Assembly (NCBI GenBank): GCA_050633245.1
Contig: JBOEGD010000010.1
Span: 93,987-157,986 of the forward strand
DNA: 64,000 nt
Source of the DNA: Calditrichia bacterium
GTDB lineage: Bacteria; Calditrichota; Calditrichia; RBG-13-44-9; J075
Direction: 5' to 3'
The translations under genes and the position numbers were made by a program. Positions 39,053 to 49,200 of the stretch are shown one piece after another (positions within the stretch are counted from its first letter, which is position 1; every line of letters begins with the position of its first letter). Under the pieces are notes generated by a model. It was given only the letters and a program-made list of their open reading frames with translations. It was not told the DNA's origin and made no database searches.

Positions 39053-41296
39053 ATGGACTCAAGAATCCCGAAGTTTTATAAGAACTCCGTTCTGGAGCGG
39101 CTGGAAATCCTGAAAGATCGGGATATCATCTCCGCAGAAGATTTTAAAAAACTATCGAACGGCAGCAGCGTGTTATCATCGGATGCCGCCGATAAAATGG
39201 TGGAAAACGTAATTGGCGTTTTCAGCCTTCCGATCGGTCTCGGCCTGAACTTCCTCATCAACGATAAAGATTATATCGTTCCTATGGTGGTTGAAGAGCC
39301 ATCTATTATTGCGGCGGTAAGCTCTGCTGCCAAAATTGTGCGCAACGCCGGCGGATTCACCAGCAAAAGCACCGAACCCATTCTAATCGGCCAAATTCAG
39401 GTCGTCGATATCGAACACCCGTCCCGTGCCCAAAAGCGGGTCTTGCAAAACAAAACCGAGATTCTGAACCTCGCCAATAGCCTGCACCCAAACATGGTGG
39501 CGCGCGGTGGTGGCGCAAAAGACGTTGAAGTGTTTATTCACCCATCTTCCTCCCATCGCGGTGATATGCTGATTGTACACCTTCTGGTGGATACAAGGGA
39601 TGCAATGGGCGCTAATCTCGTAAATAGTATGTGCGAAGGCGTGGCATCTCTGGTTGAGAAAATAACGAACGGCAAGGTCTTCCTGCGCATTTTATCGAAT
39701 CTTACAGACCGTGCGTTGGTAACAGCTGAATGCACCATTCCAACAAAGTTTCTTCCCAGCAAAGGCTACACCGGTGAAGAAGTTCGTGACGGCATCATTC
39801 TCGCTAATGAATTTGCTTCGGCTGACCCCTACCGCGCAACAACTCACAACAAAGGTATTATGAACGGCATTGATGCCGTCGCGATTGCCACAGGTAATGA
39901 TTGGCGCGCCATTGAGAGTGCGGCTCATGCCTATGCCGGACGCGGTAAGCAATACACCTCCCTCACTCGCTGGTACAAAAACGATGATGGTGATTTGGTT
40001 GGGAGCCTGAAGATCCCAATGAAAGTCGGTACAGTAGGTGGCCCGCTACAATCTAATCCGGCTGTGGCGCCGCTGCTTCGCATCGTGAATGTGGAAACAG
40101 CCACCGAGCTGGCACAGGTGATGGGCGCGGTTGGTCTGGCACAGAATTTCTCTGCCATCAAAGCACTGTCTACCGAAGGCATTCAAAAAGGACACATGAC
40201 GCTGCATGCCAGAACAGTAGCAATGGCAGCTGGTGCTACACCAGAGCTTTTTGATGAGGTGGTTGATAAACTGATTGAAAGTGGTGAGATTAAAGTTTGG
40301 AAAGCCACCGAGATTGTGGAGAGCCTGCGTAACCGATCGAAGGCTCCGGCAGTGAAGAAAAAGAAAGAACCGTCCAAAGGTCTCTCTTCTGGCTATGGGA
40401 AAATCATTCTATTTGGTGAACATGCCGCGGTCTATGGCAGTCACGTTATTGCCGCACCCATTCCGCTGGCCATTCAGGCAAAGGTGGAGGATGAGGATGA
40501 CGGCATTCACCTTGTAATTCCACGCTGGGGTGTGGAAGAACGTCTGCACATGAACGTCGAGCACAAATACTCCATCTATCACTCACTCGATCTGATTTTG
40601 AATTCGCTCAATCTGCTGGATCGCAATATGCGCATCGAGGTCTATCCGCATATTCCTCGCGCTATGGGGCTTGGTGGATCGGCAGCATTGGCCGTTGCAA
40701 TTATCCGCGCACTCTCCAAACATTACGACTTGAAGTTATCTGATGAAGCCGTAAACAAGTTGGCCTATCGCTCCGAGCAAATCGTACACGGTACGCCTTC
40801 CGGAATTGACAATACGATGGCCAGCTATGGAAAGTTTATTTTGTTCAAAAAAGGCGACCCGCCGAAGATGCAGCCCTTGCGGATTGCCAATCCAATCCCG
40901 GTCGTGATTGGAATTACCGGTATTGAAAGCCTTACCGCCAGAATGGTAGCAAATGTGCGAACGGCCTGGGAGAAAAACCCGGCCATCTACGATAAGATTT
41001 TCAACGAAATGAACGCCCTTTCACTACAGGCGCTAAAAGCCATTAAGTCGCAGAACCATGGCGAGTTGGGCGAGTTGATGAATATTAATCAAGGGCTATT
41101 GAACGCGCTACAGGTTTCAAGTTGGGAACTGGAAGAACTGATAGAGATTGCACGCAAGAGCGGTGCACTGGGAGCCAAACTGACCGGTGGCGGCGGCGGT
41201 GGAGCGATGATCGCGCTTTGCCCGGACAATGCAGAGAACGTGGCCGATGCAATGCGTAAGGCGGGTTATCGCGCAATTGTCTCAACTATTGGCTAG
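39053..41296 (+). CDS. Fusion of class II HMG-CoA reductase and mevalonate kinase
   Basis: N-terminal half has ENVIG, EEPSIIAA, DAMGANLVN, THNKGIMNG and GIQKGHM.LH; Lys-rich linker; C-terminal half has GKIILFGEHAAVYG, PRAMGLGGSAA, HGTPSGID and KLTGGGGGG. Confidence 0.92.
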   Translation: MDSRIPKFYKNSVLERLEILKDRDIISAEDFKKLSNGSSVLSSDAADKMVENVIGVFSLPIGLGLNFLINDKDYIVPMVVEEPSIIAAVSSAAKIVRNAGGFTSKSTEPILIGQIQVVDIEHPSRAQKRVLQNKTEILNLANSLHPNMVARGGGAKDVEVFIHPSSSHRGDMLIVHLLVDTRDAMGANLVNSMCEGVASLVEKITNGKVFLRILSNLTDRALVTAECTIPTKFLPSKGYTGEEVRDGIILANEFASADPYRATTHNKGIMNGIDAVAIATGNDWRAIESAAHAYAGRGKQYTSLTRWYKNDDGDLVGSLKIPMKVGTVGGPLQSNPAVAPLLRIVNVETATELAQVMGAVGLAQNFSAIKALSTEGIQKGHMTLHARTVAMAAGATPELFDEVVDKLIESGEIKVWKATEIVESLRNRSKAPAVKKKKEPSKGLSSGYGKIILFGEHAAVYGSHVIAAPIPLAIQAKVEDEDDGIHLVIPRWGVEERLHMNVEHKYSIYHSLDLILNSLNLLDRNMRIEVYPHIPRAMGLGGSAALAVAIIRALSKHYDLKLSDEAVNKLAYRSEQIVHGTPSGIDNTMASYGKFILFKKGDPPKMQPLRIANPIPVVIGITGIESLTARMVANVRTAWEKNPAIYDKIFNEMNALSLQALKAIKSQNHGELGELMNINQGLLNALQVSSWELEELIEIARKSGALGAKLTGGGGGGAMIALCPDNAENVADAMRKAGYRAIVSTIG

Positions 41297-41323
41297 CGGA
41301 TAATCTGAGCTTATATTGTTGCC

Positions 41324-41905
41324 ATGGAGAAAACGGATACAGATATGATTGACAATACTCAAGTGTCGTTTGATGATGAAATGCTGATTGTCGTCAACGA
41401 GAAAAACAAAGTTATCGATTACAAGGATAAGCTCACCTGTCATTTAGGTGACGGCATACTGCATCGGGCATTTTCGATATTTATCTTCAACGACAAGCAA
41501 GAGCTTCTTCTCCAACAGCGCAGCAACGAGAAAATGCTCTGGCCGATGTTCTGGTCCAATAGCTGCTGTAGCCACCCGCGCAAGGGTGAGGAGCTGGAGC
41601 AGGCGACCGTTCGCAGACTGCGCGAAGAGCTCGGTATTGAGACTGACTTAACCTACCTGTTTACCTTTCAATATCACGCCCAATTTAAGGAAGTGGGTTC
41701 GGAGTCCGAGATCTGCGCCGTTTACATCGGCAAGAGCAATGACGAAGTCACCGTGAATGCCCATGAAGTGGCCGACTGGAAGTTTGTGCCTATCGATGAA
41801 CTAAACACCGACATGGAAGCCAATCCGCAAGACTATTCTCCCTGGTTTAAAATGGAGTGGAAACGAATACAGGGAGAGTTTTGGAGTGAGGTTGAGGGGT
41901 TGTAG
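41324..41905 (+). CDS. idi: Isopentenyl-diphosphate delta-isomerase type 1
   Basis: LHRAFSIFIFN, LLLQQRS, WSNSCCSHP, RRLREELGI and YSPWF. Confidence 0.94.
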   Translation: MEKTDTDMIDNTQVSFDDEMLIVVNEKNKVIDYKDKLTCHLGDGILHRAFSIFIFNDKQELLLQQRSNEKMLWPMFWSNSCCSHPRKGEELEQATVRRLREELGIETDLTYLFTFQYHAQFKEVGSESEICAVYIGKSNDEVTVNAHEVADWKFVPIDELNTDMEANPQDYSPWFKMEWKRIQGEFWSEVEGL

Positions 41906-41910
41906 AACCC

Positions 41911-41968
41911 TCCCCCTCGACTGTGCTTGAGGAACGATAACTAGCCTCCTCCGCTGCCCGAGCGAAGC
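41911..41968. repeat. Degenerate REP-like doublet (left flank of GIY-YIG)
   Basis: TCCCCCTCGACTGTGCTTGAGGAACG...CGCTGCCCGAGCGAAGCCGGGGGCA, colinear with 42331-42394. Confidence 0.6.
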
Positions 41969-41988
41969 CGGGGGCAAGACACAGAAGG

Positions 41989-42285
41989 TTAACCCAGGTA
42001 ATGTGTTCTATTCTTACACTTCGATAGTTCATGCAATGCCTCATCATTACCCATAACTATGGCTTCTTTCTTTTTTCTGCTCCACTTCTGGATTTGCTTT
42101 TCTCTTAAATACGCGTGGAAAATACGATCATATTCTTCAAAATAAACTAGCGTTACCGGCAATCGTTTTGCCGTAAAGTTAGCTCCAATACCCTTCTGAT
42201 GTTGCGACAATCGTTTTGTAAGATTCTATGTACTGCCGGTGTAGTAGCTACCGTCTACGCACTTAAGAATGTATGTAAATGGCAT
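41989..42285 (-). pseudogene. GIY-YIG nuclease with in-frame amber stop at codon 20
   Basis: GGGGAG RBS, then MPFTYILKCVDGSYYTGST*NLTKRLSQHQKGIGANFTAKRLPVTLVYFEE...REKQIQKWSRKKKEA; TAG at 42226-42228. Confidence 0.88.
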
Positions 42286-42330
42286 TATTGGTCTCCCCTG
42301 CTTTTTGCATGTGCACTCCTCACCCCACAG

Positions 42331-42394
42331 CTCCCTTCGACTCCGCTCAGGGAACGGATAGTACGCCGATGCCCGAGCAGAGGGCAGGGCAAAG
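42331..42394. repeat. REP-like doublet (right flank of GIY-YIG)
   Basis: CTCCCTTCGACTCCGCTCAGGGAACG followed by the degenerate inverted copy CGATGCCCGAGCAGAGGGCAGGGC. Confidence 0.7.
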
Positions 42395-42498
42395 AGTAAC
42401 ACTTTAAGTGCAGAAATTATTTCGGGGGATTAAATCACAAAAATATAGATATTTCTTCTCGTTATCAACCGAATATGGCGTAACCACCTCTATTTCGG

Positions 42499-43638
42499 TT
42501 AAGAACGTTGCAAACCGCCCAAAACCTCCTCTGTATGCTCACCAAACTGCGGCGGTGCACTCAGCTTTTTTACTCTCGATTCTCCGCTATGAAAGGCAAT
42601 ACTTCGCACGCCGGCAACCTTAGTTTCTACTTCCGCACCCTCCAAGATCATATTCTTAGCCAGCGGCTGTTCAAACACTTCAGACATGTTTTTTACGAAC
42701 TCCGCCGGAATACCTTTCTGCTGCATTTTTTGTAAAAGCGACTCGCCATCATATTTGCGAAAGCGCTGACGCAAAATGACGTTGAGTTCTTCGCGATGCT
42801 TCACCCGTTGCGGATTGGTAGAGAACTGCGGATCGCCTGCAAGTTCGTCACAGCCAAGTAGATCGGTTAGGGCTGTAAACTGATGATTATTGCCAACTGC
42901 GATCACAATTTCTTTATCATCGTTGGACATGTGAATACTGCCGTAAGGCACAATATTGGGGTGCTCCGAACCAATGCGCTGCGGAATATGTCCGGCAACC
43001 AGCCAGTTGGTGGCCTGATTAGCAAGCGAGGCAATGCCAGACTCGAAAAGTGAGGCGTAAATATGACTGCCCCCTTCTCCCCTTTCGCGCTTTAGCAAAG
43101 CCAGCAACAGTCCTTCTTTCAGTTGATGCGCTGTCAGCAGATCAATTAACGCAACCGGCATTTTTACCGGTGCTCCGCCCTTCTCGCCATTCATATAGGT
43201 AAATCCACAGGCGGCCTGCAATATCGCGTCGAATGCGGTGCGTTCATCTTCCGGGCTATAGCCGATAATCTGACCATGAATAATATTTGGATTAATTGCT
43301 GTGAAATCCTGATACGTCATGCCCAGCTTTTCATCAGAGCCTTTTTTATAGCTGGTCAGCACGATATCCGCCTTGCGAATCAGCTGATGGACAATCTTTT
43401 TCCCTTCCGGGGACGAGATGTCAACTCCGATAGACTTTTTCCCCCAGTTCACCGAGCAAAAATAGCTGGATAAGCCGCCTGCTGATTCCTGAGGCAATTT
43501 CCACTGCCGCGTAACGTCCCCACCGCTTACCGGGTTTTCTACCTTAATAACGGTAGCGCCCAGCTCGGCAAAGAACATTCCGACTGCCGGACCGGCCAGT
43601 ACGCTGGCCAGTTCAATTACGACTAAGTCTTTAAGCAT
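42499..43638 (-). CDS. CaiB/BaiF (family III) CoA-transferase
   Basis: VIELASVLAGP, LGATVIKVE, GDVTR, VNWGKKS, AFDAILQA and APPQFGEHTEEVL. Confidence 0.9.
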   Translation of the reverse strand: MLKDLVVIELASVLAGPAVGMFFAELGATVIKVENPVSGGDVTRQWKLPQESAGGLSSYFCSVNWGKKSIGVDISSPEGKKIVHQLIRKADIVLTSYKKGSDEKLGMTYQDFTAINPNIIHGQIIGYSPEDERTAFDAILQAACGFTYMNGEKGGAPVKMPVALIDLLTAHQLKEGLLLALLKRERGEGGSHIYASLFESGIASLANQATNWLVAGHIPQRIGSEHPNIVPYGSIHMSNDDKEIVIAVGNNHQFTALTDLLGCDELAGDPQFSTNPQRVKHREELNVILRQRFRKYDGESLLQKMQQKGIPAEFVKNMSEVFEQPLAKNMILEGAEVETKVAGVRSIAFHSGESRVKKLSAPPQFGEHTEEVLGGLQRS

Positions 43639-43688
43639 ATCAGCCCTTTTTATTTTGGAGGTATTTCATTTATAAACGATGCGGTCGC

Positions 43689-44570
43689 CTATTCATCTAG
43701 CAAGTCTTTAATCCGCTCGCTAAAACCGGGAAGCGGCAGCTGTATCGATCCCGTCTTTCGGGAACTACTTAAACTGCAATCGCGTGGTCTTTTGGCTAAA
43801 GAGTTGACATCTTCCCTTAAGCTGGCCTGCAGAAGGGCTGAATTCGCCTTGAGCTCTGCGCACAGCAGCGTCCCCATGTCATAACGAGACAAACGCTCTT
43901 TGCCGCCCAGATGGAAGATTCCGCTCTCCTGGCCTAAGGCCAAATGCCACAGGACATCTGCCACATCCCTTCCCCACGCCGGGGTGCGATATTCATCGAT
44001 AAATAATGGAACAGATATCTCTTCTCTTAATCGACGAATAATTCCCGCTGTAAAGTTTTCTCTTCCCGGGGCGGAGCGACCATACATTAATGGACAGCGT
44101 GCAACAACCGCTTGCTCAGGGAGTAAATCCAAAAGCAGCTCTTCGGCTTGCTTCTTTAAAACACCATAATTATTGATTGGAGTGGGTCGATCGGTTTCGC
44201 TATAGGGTGCATCTTCACCATCAAACACAAGGTCGGTCGATGTAAAAATAAGCCGAGCATCATGTTTTGCAGCAAGTTCGGCAAGCATTCGTGTCGATTC
44301 AACGGTTATTGCACGCGCTTCTTCCGGGTAGCGTTCACAGTCTTCCGGGCTGGACATCGCAGCGAGGTGGAAAATAATATCGGGCGCAAAGTCATCCAGT
44401 TCTGGAGAAATTTCACTCGTTAAATCGTATCTAAAAAAAGAAGTATTAACAGGAAGGTTATTGACAAATTGTTGAAATCCCAACGCGAGGATACGCTGGT
44501 TTGCAGGTGCCTGTTGCAGCAGGTAGCGTCCGAGAAAGCCGGACGCCCCGGTAATCAGCACCCGCATCAT
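43689..44570 (-). CDS. RmlD-like SDR oxidoreductase (dTDP-4-dehydrorhamnose reductase family)
   Basis: LITGASGFLG, STDLVFDG, P.N.YG..K, DEYRTP and RPRDCSL. Confidence 0.82.
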   Translation of the reverse strand: MMRVLITGASGFLGRYLLQQAPANQRILALGFQQFVNNLPVNTSFFRYDLTSEISPELDDFAPDIIFHLAAMSSPEDCERYPEEARAITVESTRMLAELAAKHDARLIFTSTDLVFDGEDAPYSETDRPTPINNYGVLKKQAEELLLDLLPEQAVVARCPLMYGRSAPGRENFTAGIIRRLREEISVPLFIDEYRTPAWGRDVADVLWHLALGQESGIFHLGGKERLSRYDMGTLLCAELKANSALLQASLREDVNSLAKRPRDCSLSSSRKTGSIQLPLPGFSERIKDLLDE

Positions 44571-44573
44571 GCT

Positions 44574-45272
44574 TTAGAACATCAGGGTAAAGTTTAACTG
44601 CACGCGTTCTGCGCCCTGCTCAGGCACATAGCTGAAATTTAGCAGCGAGCTTCGGCTTTCGGCAACATCAGATTTGCCCTTCTTACGCACAATTCGCAAG
44701 ACATCCACTGCACTAACAATATGGTTTAAGACGATGCCGCCAGCTACAAAGGTAGAGGTACGCTTCCAGTCCAGGCGACGCAGACGTTTTTCGCGATAAG
44801 TGCGGCGATCTTCTTCAGACTGCCACTGCCAATCAAATCCGGCGCCTTCTTCATATCGGCCATTCAAATCGCGTTCCAGCAGTTTAGATTCATTAAACGC
44901 ATAGATACTGTTCGATTGTCCAACATCAATCCAATACTGGTCATCTTTACCGCTGGTATTGACTCCCGCATTTGTTGCCGCGAACGTTTTCAAGTCGTTT
45001 TGCTGCACGTTTATATATCCCAACGTAGACAAATAGCTCGCCCACATAATCACTTCGGTTCCCATAAAGATCTTGGCGGCCTTGTGATGGCCCATTCGCC
45101 ATTCTCCAAGCCCGGGAATAAGTAGCGAAAGCAAAATATTGCTTTTTCCACCGCTACCCTGTTGGGTAATCATCGGATCTGCAATATCATTAAGCTGCTG
45201 CGCATTCAATGACGGCAAAGCAATTAAGCTTAGCATGCAAATGACAAGTAGTTTTCTGAATAATGAGAACAT
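44574..45272 (-). CDS. DUF5683-like exported protein
   Basis: Signal peptide; LSLLIPGLGEW motif; NHIVSAVD; terminal Phe; paralog of the adjacent gene. Confidence 0.6.
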   Translation of the reverse strand: MFSLFRKLLVICMLSLIALPSLNAQQLNDIADPMITQQGSGGKSNILLSLLIPGLGEWRMGHHKAAKIFMGTEVIMWASYLSTLGYINVQQNDLKTFAATNAGVNTSGKDDQYWIDVGQSNSIYAFNESKLLERDLNGRYEEGAGFDWQWQSEEDRRTYREKRLRRLDWKRTSTFVAGGIVLNHIVSAVDVLRIVRKKGKSDVAESRSSLLNFSYVPEQGAERVQLNFTLMF

Positions 45273-45316
45273 GTTTTCCAGTCTTTATTTTATTCGCACT
45301 GCCAGTTTGAAGAATA

Positions 45317-46261
45317 TTAAAACGAGACGTTTAAGCCAAATAGATTGACAAATTGATCGCGCTGTAAATCCTGTCGATAGCTCATCTCAACCTGCAAATT
45401 ATTGTTAAATCTGCGAGCTGTAAATCCAGCGTCTATTGCAGCTATCAGGTGATTGATCATAATGGTCATTGTTCCATAGCCGGCCTTATTATAAAACTGA
45501 TTCGACTCATCGCGCATAATCGTATAGCTTTCATTGAATGGTGTAATCACGCCATCGCGATAGCCGCTATAGCGACTTCGAAAGTCGGCATCGGACCAGG
45601 CATTACCAAACTGCTCAGGATATTTTCCAATCATCTCAAAATACTGCTGCGTTTCGGTTTCCGGCAGATCGTGAGTAAATCCGTAAGACTGCGGCAGCCG
45701 ATTTTCTACAGCGCGCATATCGGCTTCGATTTGCGCCTGATTGGCATTATAGAACTGCTCGTCTATAAGGTAAAACTCGCGACCATCATTAGACGTCACA
45801 ACATCGTAAGGATACTGAGTAAAATTTTCGACTTCAGCTACATCTCCAGCAAGATAATTCACATAAGACCAGTAGCGATATTCGCTCCAATTCTCATGAG
45901 CAAATGCCTTAAATTCGGTATCCTTGTCCTTACCCTTCTTATTATAGCTGCGATTCACTGCCCAACCCGTTACTTCAGCAGCTAAAAATATAGCACTTTT
46001 CCAATAGGCGCCGGAATAGGCCTGACCGGCTCCAGGGATAAGTGCTGATAGCATAACGGACATGCCAACAGACTTTTTTCCACTTCCGGAAATGTCCGGG
46101 CTTTCTTGTAAGTCATCCTTTATTTGCTCATCGAGCAATTGTGTAAGCTGCAAGCGATTCAGCAGTACATCATCTGTTTTTTCTGGCAGCGTTTCTTCCC
46201 CACCGGCAAAAATTCCGGTCGCGAGAAGACAAAGCATGCTAAAACTCCAGAATGGTCTCAT
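45317..46261 (-). CDS. DUF5683-like exported protein
   Basis: Signal peptide; KS.G.SVMLSALIPGAGQAY; QQYFEMIGKY; NHLIAAIDA; terminal LNVSF. Confidence 0.62.
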   Translation of the reverse strand: MRPFWSFSMLCLLATGIFAGGEETLPEKTDDVLLNRLQLTQLLDEQIKDDLQESPDISGSGKKSVGMSVMLSALIPGAGQAYSGAYWKSAIFLAAEVTGWAVNRSYNKKGKDKDTEFKAFAHENWSEYRYWSYVNYLAGDVAEVENFTQYPYDVVTSNDGREFYLIDEQFYNANQAQIEADMRAVENRLPQSYGFTHDLPETETQQYFEMIGKYPEQFGNAWSDADFRSRYSGYRDGVITPFNESYTIMRDESNQFYNKAGYGTMTIMINHLIAAIDAGFTARRFNNNLQVEMSYRQDLQRDQFVNLFGLNVSF

Positions 46262-46275
46262 AGATAGTCCTCACG

Positions 46276-49200
46276 TTATCTAAACAAGCGTTTTTCCAGA
46301 CGCAAATCAAAGTCGAATAATACACCAACGTAGTAGCGCCATTCTCTTTTATAACGCACATCATCATTAAATTGTTCTTGCAGCGGATAAGCTGCCTCAA
46401 AAAAGACCCGAGTTGGAAACAGATACCAGCTATAGGTATCGAGCCTCAACTGCACGCCCAGGTTCTCTTTAAAATCGTTTATTTCTGCTTTTCCGTTCCA
46501 GGCATTTCCAATCTGATAGTATCCCGCGAGATACAGATGATTGAAGTGCACATTCAAAATCTGCTTGTTAATATTGCGCCATAGTGGAAAGCGATATGTT
46601 GCTGTTGCAATGGCCATACGCTGTCCCTGAATACTGTAGAAGGGATAGCCTTTCAGGCCAACCAACCCGCCGGCAAAATAATCAAAGAAATCATCAAGGC
46701 TATCGGACTGCGACTGGATGTAGGCGCCCTGAGCGCGAAAGGAAAGACTGTGATGATCGGTAAACGGAACCGGTATGTATTCTTCCCAGTTTCCTTCGAA
46801 GCGCATGAAGTTGTTCTTGCCAAACTGCTCGAGTGCAGAAGCTGAATTGGTAGCAAAATCGACCAGGAAGTCATTCCATTCCTGCTGCGCCTTTACTGTC
46901 ACGTAACGTCCCTTACGTGGATTTATGGCCTTCTCAAGGCTGTTTTCAATAGCATCATGCTTTAACGACAGACTTAATGCATTCCCTTTCAGGTAGGTGT
47001 AGCGCAACGTGCTTACATCGAAGAACTCATTTGAAACCGGATCGGTATAGGCGTCGATCTTTAACTTGGCGCGATAAAGACTGAAAATCCATGCTAAACG
47101 AGCATGAATTCGTTTTAGCGGTCCCGGCAGGATTTGCCCCTGCAAGCCGGCATTAAACTCCAATAAGTTGAAATTGATATCAATATCCACATCGCTGACG
47201 CCGGTGCCCTCAAAGCTGGCTTTATCGTCAATGTTAGCCGTTTGGTTATACACTTCCATAAAAAAAGTCGGCTTAAACTGATTGTATTCGAAGATTCCAA
47301 AGAGGTTATAATCACGTCTTAGATTAATGTCCGCTCCACCAAGGAGAAGCAGTTTATCGAGCAGCTCGTTAGTGTAGAAATAGAGACCTGGCTTTACCGT
47401 GCCGTAATCCAGCATTAAGCGCGGTTGAATAGAAAAGTTGGAAAAACGACGTTTGTAGGGAATTGCCGGTTTGGCTTCCTCAACCGTTTCGTCTATCGCA
47501 ATATCGGGGATACGCTCTTCGTATTTACCGATATACTGCATTTTGGTTGGTGCAACGCTCTGCAGCTCTTTTATGCGATGGAGCTTATAACCCTGATTGC
47601 GATAGAGTGCAAAGAACATATCACCGGATTCAGTGACTGTTGGCATAAATGCGCCACCAACAACATTGGTATGAGCTTTGATATTACCGGTTTTCATATT
47701 ATAGCTATAAACATTAAAGATTCCGGTTTTATCACTGGCATAAAACAGCTCATCCGTTCCCGGTCGGAACACCGGGTCGCGTTCGCCATAGGCTTCATTA
47801 AGAATAAACTCAAGCTCTCCACCAGCTGCGGGAATCTTTGCGATATCGCGACCAAACTTTATTGAAGTATCAAAAACGATATAGCTGTCATCCGGAGACC
47901 AGCGTGGGTGGTAAAATTGTCGGGCGTCCTTTAACTTGGTGAGCTGAATTAGCTTGGCCTTGTATCCAACTTTGCGAAAATAATGACCACGCTTCCCTTT
48001 TTTATCGGATGTCGGCACCACTGCTTCATGTTTTGCTACAATCCGATGTTTGGCAAAATCGTAATAGCCATCTGTATACTTGCCGTTTTCCAGCACGTCT
48101 GCCAGGTTATCCATTTCGAGCGCAAAAAGATTTGTAACCGCATCTGATTCAACGACAAAGACCAGTTTTTTCCCATCATGTGAAAAATCCGGATGACGGG
48201 CACGTAAGGCACGCGTCAGACGGTGTTCTTTGCCTTCTTTGGTATCGTAGATATAGATATCGTTGTATAGACTCAGCGTTCCTTCTACCGGCGTTACTTT
48301 CGCGTAGGCCAGATAACGTCCGTCTTTAGACCAGCTAAGCGATCGGGTTATGCGTGCAGAAATCGTTTTCTTTTTGCCATCGGACAGGTTCTCAATGATC
48401 AGCTTGTTCTGACTCAGGTAATCGGCATCTCCCGTTGCGAGATAGGCCACGCGGTCACCACTGGGAGACAGCGTTGGGTGCATATTTCCGATGCCTTCTT
48501 CAACAAAGGATTCACCGGTTAACAGATTTTCATTCACTGTTGTTAATCGCGCCGTGTAGTCATTCAGCATGCCGGCTTTCCACTGAGCATGAAGCTGTTT
48601 GGCGTCGACACCGGTAACGGATTTCAATACACCGCGGAATGAAAAAGTAAATGGCGAACTGGCCTTGCCGGCTAAACGTGGCAGCACATCATCACCATAG
48701 GTTTCCGCCAAATAGCGCGTGAAGGCAAACCCCTGATTATATGCAGATTCATTGCCAATGCTGTTTTTACCAAAAGTGTCCATCTGATTCAAATCCAGCA
48801 ATTCACCGGTCATCATGCGATCTCGCAAGATCATTTCACGATGCGAATCGCGATAGTCAAAGCGTTTATTGGGGGCTTGAAACTGGGCAACGCCTTCTGC
48901 AAACCAGGCGGGAATTGTAATTCCGGACCAGGGATAGGAAATAATGACGTTGGGGAATCCGCGCACTACGTCTTCACGACGTTCGTTTTCATAGCCGAAG
49001 CCCTGAAGCCAGTTAGCGGGAACGCGGCGTCCAAACTTAAGTGCTTTACCAAGAGAAACAATATGCGTGAACTCGTGTGTGACCACGTCTTTCAGCCAAT
49101 TGTGTGTACCGCGCAAAACATAGTTCAGGTTCGGAGCCCAAATTTCCACCTTGTTGTCAAAAAAGAAAGCCGCACCATTGGCATAATCATCGGTATCTTT

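Noticed and set aside
42226-42228. Amber recoding (pyrrolysine or alternative genetic code) in GIY-YIG
   Set aside because: TAG is a normal stop for many genes here (recN, priA, idi, porV) and no pyl genes are visible
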